Shown here: positions 37,301 to 43,763 of the stretch, piece by piece
How positions within the stretch are numbered: position 1 is the first letter of the stretch
Layout: every line of letters starts with the position of its first letter
Source: Basidiobolus meristosporus CBS 931.73
Taxonomy: Eukaryota > Fungi > Basidiobolomycota
NCBI GenBank assembly: GCA_002104905.1
Contig: MCFE01000704.1
Span: 1-43,763, forward strand
Reading direction: 5' to 3'
DNA: 43,763 nucleotides
Made by a program: the position numbers and the translations under genes
Notes under the pieces: model-generated
Told to the model about the DNA's origin: nothing
The model's database searches: none
What the model saw: the letters and a program-made list of their open reading frames with translations, nothing else

Positions 37301-38580
37301 AGCCTCTGTAGTAGAAAGTGCTATGGTTGGTTGCTTTCTTGAATTCCATGAAATGGCTCCTTTACAGTAAAGAAAGGTGTATCCTGTGGTGGATCTTCTG
37401 TCTTCCAAATTTTGTCCCCAATCAGCTTCAAAGTATCCCACAAGATCCTGTTCTGAATCCTTATAAGTGTATCTTAAGCAGATATCAGCAGTACCTTTTA
37501 GGTATCTAAAAATCTGCTTAACTGCTGCAATATGTTCTGATTCATAGTTTTTATTATGTTTGCTGACAACTCCCACTGAATATGAGATATCTGGACAAGT
37601 TCCAAGCATGATATACATCAGACTGCCAACCATAGATTGATAAGGAAAGTCAGGGCTTTCAGATGGCACCAAGCTCTCTTGATTTGGTTGAGTTTTGACC
37701 AAGTTAAGGTTTGTTTCCATTGGGGTTGCTGCCGGTTTACAGTCTTCCATTTGGTACTTCTTTAGTATATCTTGAATATACTTGGATTGGCTTAGGGTGA
37801 TAGTCTGGGTACTTCTGTCTATGGAGAACTTAATCCCTAAGTAATAATTAAGTTCTCCTAGACTGGACATCTTGAACTCCTTAGATAGGCTGGATTTAGT
37901 CTCTTCCAATATTTCTAGGTTATTGGCAGCTATAATAAGATCATCCACATATAGAGCTAATAGAACTGGATTTGCTCTATCTGGCTTATAGTATATAGTA
38001 TAGTCAGCATTACTCCTTTTGAAGCTCAAAGATTCCAAATAAGAATCTATCTTGCAATTCCAGGCTCTTGGTGATTGTTTGAGACCATATAGTGACTTTT
38101 TAAGCTTGCAGACCAAATGGGGGTTATCTTGGTCAACAGAACCATCAGGCTGGTCCATATACATGTCCTCATCAAGTTCCCCATTCAAAATTGCAGTTTT
38201 TACATCCATTTGATGAATAGATAACTTATATTTGGCTGCAATAGCCAATATTAATCTGATGGAATTAAACTTAGCTACCAGTGCAAAGGTCTCAGAATAG
38301 ACAAGTCCTTTTGTTTGAGAGTATCCTTTGGCTACAAGTCTTGCTTTGTATCTTTCAATTGTACCATCAGCTTTGTATTTTGTCTTGAAGACCCATCTGC
38401 ATCCAATTAATTTTTGGTTGATTGGTAATTTGACTAAGTCCCAAGTTTGATTTTCCATCAGGGCCTGATATTCCTCAGTCATTGCAGATCTCCAAAACTT
38501 TGTCTGAGGGCTATTTAGGGCCTCTTTTACAGTCCAGGTTCATCAATATGGACTGAATAGGCATAGGCTAAGTTTGTACC
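37301..38580 (-). mobile_element. Ty1/copia fragment (RT plus start of RNase H), older inverted copy
   Basis: WVFKTK...RYKARLVAKGYSQ, QMDVKTA, KSLYGLKQSPRAW, LYVDDL, ADWGQNLEDRRSTTGY, WNSRKQPTIALSTTEA. Confidence 0.93.
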
Positions 38581-38912
38581 TGTTGTAAAAATTTGTATTT
38601 CCACCTAAATATTCACCTAACTTAGTCACTTAGATCACTACCTTCAAATCCTAGAGAATACTGACCAAATTCCTTGTCGGGATTTACTTAGAATATTTAC
38701 CCAGAACATGAAAATTCTCAAAGTTGTCCAAACAGCCCCAAACTTTGCACACATGTTCTTGGGACCTTCCTTAACCTATTTTATGGGTTTGTAATGCCAA
38801 GACCAGGTAAAAGTATAAATACTACTTTTACATTCAATAAATCATTAAGTGAAAACCACATAATCTACTTGTTCTCCAAATCACTTCTGATATCTCCAAG
38901 ACTCTTACAACA
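38581..38912 (+). repeat. 5' LTR of copia element, 332 bp
   Basis: 8-bp terminal inverted repeats TGTTGTAA...TTACAACA; TATAAAT and AATAAA inside; immediately followed by the PBS. Confidence 0.9.
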
Positions 38913-38924
38913 GGTTATGAGCCC
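38913..38924 (+). other. Primer-binding site GGTTATGAGCCC (internal/half initiator-Met tRNA type)
   Basis: Directly abuts LTR end; matches the GGTTATGGGCCC-type PBS of Drosophila copia/Ty5-like elements. Confidence 0.8.
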
Positions 38925-41656
38925 CAAGCTGTCACTCTCTGCAATGTCTACTACTGCTATTACTGGAATTTTTCCCTCTGCTGAGAAGTTGGATGGATCT
39001 AACTACCAAGTGTGGAAGGTGAAGAAGGAGATGCTGCTACAAGAAAGAGGCCTTTGGGATATTGTCATGGGAGAAGAATGCCCTCCAAAATATGTGGGAG
39101 AGGAAGCCTTAAAGTACCAGAAGAAAGAACAAAGTGCCTTTAACTGCATTTGCCATAATGTCAAGGACAAATTGCTAATTCAATGCTCAAGAGCAAAAAC
39201 GGCAAAGAATGCCAGGAAAGCATTAGAGGACACCTACCAGTCATGTTCAGCTGCTAAGAAGACGTATCTGAGACAAAAATTCTTTACTACAAAGATGCTG
39301 CCAGGAGAAGAAATGAAAAATCTAATTAACAGAATTACCCTGCTAGTAGATGAGATGGAATCTGTGGGCGTACCAACTACTGATGAGGATGTGATAGTTA
39401 CCATCCTGAATAGCCTGACAGACGTGTTTCAGGGCTTTGTATCAGCCCTAGAGTCCAGAACTGAAGATTTGACCTTAAATTACATATATGGAAGGCTCCT
39501 GGATGAAGAATTAAGAAAATCAAGTGCCAATAAGAAGGAAGAAGAAAATGCTTTAATAAGCAATGATAACCAACAAAGGAGGTACCCAAGATCCTACAAA
39601 GGCAACAGCAACCTGTTTTGTAACTACTGCAAAAGGAAAGGACACACATCAGACTGGTGTCTCAAAAAGAAAGATAATCAGCAAAAGAAGCCTGAATATG
39701 GAAATGCTGCAACAACTGAAGATAGACTATTCATATCTGCACTAAATATGACCACAAACAAGGATTCTCAGATGTGGTATATTGACTCTGGAGCATCTCA
39801 ACACTTTACACACCAAAAAGAACTTTTTACCCAATATCAAGATATTCCAATTAAGAAGGTTTTCATGGGTGATAATAGAACACTTGATGCAGTGGGAGAA
39901 GGAACTATCCAAGTAAACCTTAGAAGCAGTGAAGGAAGCCATACACTGACCTTTAATGAAGTACTTTATGTACCAGAAATAGCCAAGTACCTACTCTCTG
40001 TAAGCAAGGCCACAGCAGAAGGACTCAGTTTCAGTTTTGACAATTCTGGATGCAGGATCACTGATCAAAATGGTGCTCATGTTGCTTTGGGCATCAGAGA
40101 TCAGAATCTATACAAGTTGACTTATATTCCATCATATCTGGAAGCCAATATAAGTAACTTAAATGAAGCAACACCAATGCTTTGGCACAGGAGATTTGGA
40201 CACATCAATTTTGATTATTTGCGCAAAATGATCAAAGATCAGCTAATTTCTGGAGTGAAAATTGATCCCCCAGCTAATTTGGAGCACTGTGAAGCCTGCA
40301 TATATGGGAAACAAGCCAGATAACCGTTTAAGAGCTCTGGGGTAATCAAAACTAAGAAAAAATTAGATCTAATTCACTCAGATCTGTGTGGACCTATGCA
40401 AAATTTATCCTCAGGCAGGATGAAGTATTTAATCACTTTTATTGATGATTATACAAGATACACATGGGTCTACTTCATGGAGAGAAAGGAAGAAGCTCTG
40501 TCTAAGCTCAGGGAGTTTAAAGCCATGGTGGAGAGAGAAACTGGTGAAAAAATCAGGAAAATACGCTCTGACAATGGTGGAGAATATGCCCAAAACTCTT
40601 CATCCACTTCTGCAAGATTCATGGGATAAAGCAAGAGACTACTGTACCATACTCCCCACAGCAAAATGGAGTAGCAGAACGTGCTAACAGATTGATAATT
40701 GATATGGCAAGATCTATGATCCATGATCAAAAATTATCCTATGATTTTTGGGCGGAATCAGTTGCCACTGCTGTATACCTGAAGAATAGGAGTTATAACA
40801 GAATACCTTGTGATTCTACTCCATTTGAAGCATGGTATGGATACAGACCAAGTGCAGAACATCTAAGAATATTTGGGTGTACAGCATATGCCAAAAAACT
40901 GGCCGGAAAACAGTCAAAATTTGATCCAAAAAGTGTAAAATGCATATTTTTGGGCTACTGCAATGAGAGTAAGGCATACAGACTCTACTATACCAAAGCA
41001 AAGAAGCTGATTAAGTCCAGGGATGTGTTGTTTGATGAAAATTCAAAGTTTTCACAAAAAATGACATCAGATGATGACAAAAATATGATCTCAAGTCCAC
41101 CAATTTTCAGGATTGAGTCAGAGCAAAACAATGAAACTTTTTTCACTCCAGAGGACTCTACAACCGTGGTTCAGCCAGAATCAGTGCCCAGGAATATCCC
41201 AGAAGTGATCATTCCAGTATCAAATGCCTGGAGATCCAATCGGACCAGAAATAGCCCAAAATACTATATTAATGAGGGTACAAACTTAGCCTATGCCTAT
41301 TCAGTCCATATTGATGAACCCCAGACTGTAAAAGAGGCCCTAAATAGCCCTCAGACAAAGTTTTGGAGATCTGCAATGACTGAGAAACATCAGGCCCTGA
41401 TGGAAAATCAAACTTGGGACTTAGTCAAATTACCAATCAACCAAAAATCAATTGGATGCAGATGGGTCTTCAAGACAAAATACAAGGCTGATGGTACAAT
41501 TGAAAGATACAAAGCAAGACTTGTAGCCAAAGGATACTCTCAAACAAAAGGACTTGACTATACTGAGACCTTTGCACTGGTAGCCAAGTTTAATTCCATC
41601 AGATTAATATTGGCTATTGCAGCCAAATATAAGTTTTCTATTCATCAAATGGATGC

Positions 41657-42186
41657 TTAGGGTTAGGGGGAGGAAAGTCACCAAGTGGTGAAATCTTTAT
41701 TTACTTATGACAAGTATCTAAAGAAGCCATGTTAATCTGAAGTTACTCCCAGAAAGCTAGGTCTGAGAGATATCTTCCTGGTAAGCCAGGTCTGAGAGTT
41801 GAGAAGCTGATTGGTACTATATTTCCTAGTTAGCTAGGTCTGAGAGAGGTTTCCTGGAAAGCCAGGCCTGAGAAGTGAGAATCTGAATATATCTGAGCTG
41901 AGTTATACTGGTTTGCGGTAGCTGAATTGTGGCCGGAATGGCCAGTAGACTGGGGGAACTGAGATGAATTTCTGGGCAATCACTGGCCAAATTTACTAGG
42001 CAAATCTGGCCATTAGCATTTCAAGGATTTCAGCCAATCAGAGCCTTTACTTTGCCCGATGGTTGATCAAGCCATCTCCCAATGAGCACACATCAATTTA
42101 TTCATCAAATTTTGCTGGATCCAGGATTTGAACCCACAACCATGGGTATGGAAGGGTTAGGGATAACCACAAGGCTAAGTGTTCTT
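41657..42186 (-). mobile_element. tRNA-derived SINE (~530 bp) with LINE-like 3' end and telomere-repeat tail
   Basis: Minus strand: A box TAGCCTTGTGG (42177-42167), B box GGTTCAAATCC (42134-42124) at tRNA spacing, internal 77-bp duplication, 3' AATAAAGATTTCACCACTTGGTGACTTTCCTCCCCTAACCCTAA homologous to the LINE end; no ORF. Confidence 0.78.
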
Positions 42187-43763
42187 GGTTAGGGGGGAGA
42201 CAGTCACCAACAGGTGAAATCTTTATTTCAGTTGAAACAAAGAAGCCAGCGCTACTGTTGTAGCTTTGATACAAGAGTGTGTAGCTGAGGGGAATTTGTA
42301 GGTAAGTTAATAAGAAGTGATGATAGTTCTTCAGTGCTCAAGACACTGTTCAGTGGGAAGGGGGGTAGCAAGAGAGGTAAGAATGACTTGTGAACAACAT
42401 TAATGAGGGGAATGTGATAAGGATTGATATTCATCATAAAGGGAGTATGCTGCTGCAGATATTGCTGCCAAAGGTCTGTCAAGTACTTCTGGTAGGCCAG
42501 CTTGGGTTTTTCTGACTGCAGAATATAGTGAGCAAACTTCTTGACTTCAGGATCTCCAAGTATAGTTCTCCAGCAGGAGCCAGGTGTTGTGTGGTGTGTT
42601 CTCTTCCAGGCCTTAATCAGTGGATTGTTGCAGTTGTGAAGTCTGAGGTATAATCTGGTTCTAAGGTAGAGAAGTCTGATCTTATAGAGCATAAACCCAA
42701 AAGCACCAAGAATAGCATGTCTGTAGGGGCATTCAGGCAAATGAGGCACCAAGGAGGTAATGCACCATACTGCAAACTTGTCAAGCTTAGTGCAGTCTCT
42801 AGAAGTAAGAGAGAGAAGTGGTAAGCCAAGTTCCAGGACAGGGAAGACAAACTGCTTGAGTAGAAGGAGGCAGCTGGGAGCTGAAGTTGTAGGAGGAGTA
42901 ACAGCCAGTAGCTTGTGGAGTGCCTGTCTTGCCAGGATAATTCTCTTCTTCAGGTGTGCTTCAGAGTCTAGTCCAGTAGGAAGGAAAGGAAAGCCAAGAT
43001 ATGTAGCAGAAACCTGAGCAGGTAGAGTGGAGTTCTCCAAGTTGATGGGAGAGCCCAAAGGTACTGTCTTTGCAATGGAAAGCTGGAGATTATTCTTCTG
43101 CAGTTACTGGTGGATGGTCTGGGAGTCTTGTTGCACATTGGAGGAGGATATTCTGATGTCATCAGCAAAGAGAGCAACCAGGCAGTCAGCTGAGAGTCTT
43201 GGGAAATCATTCAGGAAGATGGCAAACAGTATAGGACCAAGCACAGAGCCTTGAACCACTCCATTAGGAACTGAGAACACAGCTGATTGCTCACTTGGGT
43301 GCAGAATTCTTGCTTGTGGATCCAGAAACAGAGATCTGACAAGGAGGGTGAGAGAGGTACTGGAGAAGCATTGCAACTTGGACCAAAGCAGATTTCTGTC
43401 AGCTGAATCAAAGGCCTTAGTAATATCAAACAGAACAGAGGGATACTTGCACTGGAGAGAGTGATCTTGGCTAAGTATGACTGCATATTCCAAGGAGAGG
43501 CTAGGAACAAAGCCAAACTGTGCAGGATGAAACTTGAGGGAGTCAGAGTAGAGCTCCTGAGCAGGCAGAAGCTCAAACACCTTTCTGCAGGTGGGCAGCA
43601 GAGATATTGGCCTGTAGGAGCTAGGATCCAGGTGCTTTCCTTTACCCTTGTACAGTGGCAGAACATTTGCAAAGGACCATTCCTCAGGAGTAGAAAGCTG
43701 GGCTGAGCATTGCTGAAACAGTGGAAGCAGAAGTGCAGACATGGCCTTGGTACTAGTCTTCAG
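42187..43763 (-). mobile_element. Non-LTR retrotransposon (LINE) copy 2, runs off the window; internal stop at ~43104
   Basis: YKGKG...SYRPISLL, QFGF, DITKAFDS, GVVQGSVLGPILF, FADDI, YLGFP; highly similar to copy 1; 3' end GGTTAGGGGGG on + (42187-42197). Confidence 0.93.

Larger units (their letters stand above)
38581..41655 (+). mobile_element. Ty1/copia LTR retrotransposon (LTR-gag-PR-IN-partial RT), 3'-truncated and defective
   Basis: Gag from 38944 (KLDGSNYQVW, CNYCKRKGHTSDWC), protease WYIDSGASQH, LWHRRFGH/CEAC, integrase IHSDLCGP/DNGGEY. Premature TAA at 40321, frameshift at ~40590, RT broken off after SIHQMD. Confidence 0.95.

Noticed and set aside
38794-38943. ORF-track start of gag inside the LTR
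   Set aside because: It lies in the LTR upstream of the PBS; the gag-like sequence begins at ATG 38944 (or 38917).
42110-42184. Functional tRNA-Gly gene
   Set aside because: Acceptor, D, anticodon and T stems do not pair and there is no poly-T terminator; interpreted as a SINE head instead.
35546-43763. RIP (CpA to TpA) as the cause of TE decay
   Set aside because: CpA/TpG are abundant and long ORFs survive; the depletion is specific to CpG.

Overview
Gene-dense eukaryotic DNA from a fungus. Short (~55-65 nt) introns and the gene set (Chs7, velvet, fungal CSL) suggest an early-diverging lineage such as Basidiobolus/Zoopagomycota or Mucoromycota; that assignment is inference only. Bases 1-35.5 kb hold about 16 host genes: C2H2 protein, ubiquitin-RPS27A, proteasome alpha4, two tandem CHS7 paralogs, a Pho80-like cyclin with an apparent frameshift, RPS25, PEP7/Vac1, a CSL factor, a P450 with an eroded tandem pseudocopy, SCOC/Slo1, lysyl-tRNA synthetase, a velvet protein, GH20 hexosaminidase, GST and an isochorismatase-family protein. 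From ~35.55 kb to the end is a nearly CpG-free retroelement nest. It contains two copies of a LINE, a Ty1/copia element (332-bp LTR, half-tRNA PBS) inserted into an inverted copy of its own family, and a ~530-bp tRNA-derived SINE that no ORF explains. The main result: the SINE and both LINE copies share a 3' stem-loop, end in telomere-type repeats (TTAGGG on +), point the same way and show no target-site duplications. This suggests a telomere-repeat-primed LINE/SINE pair.
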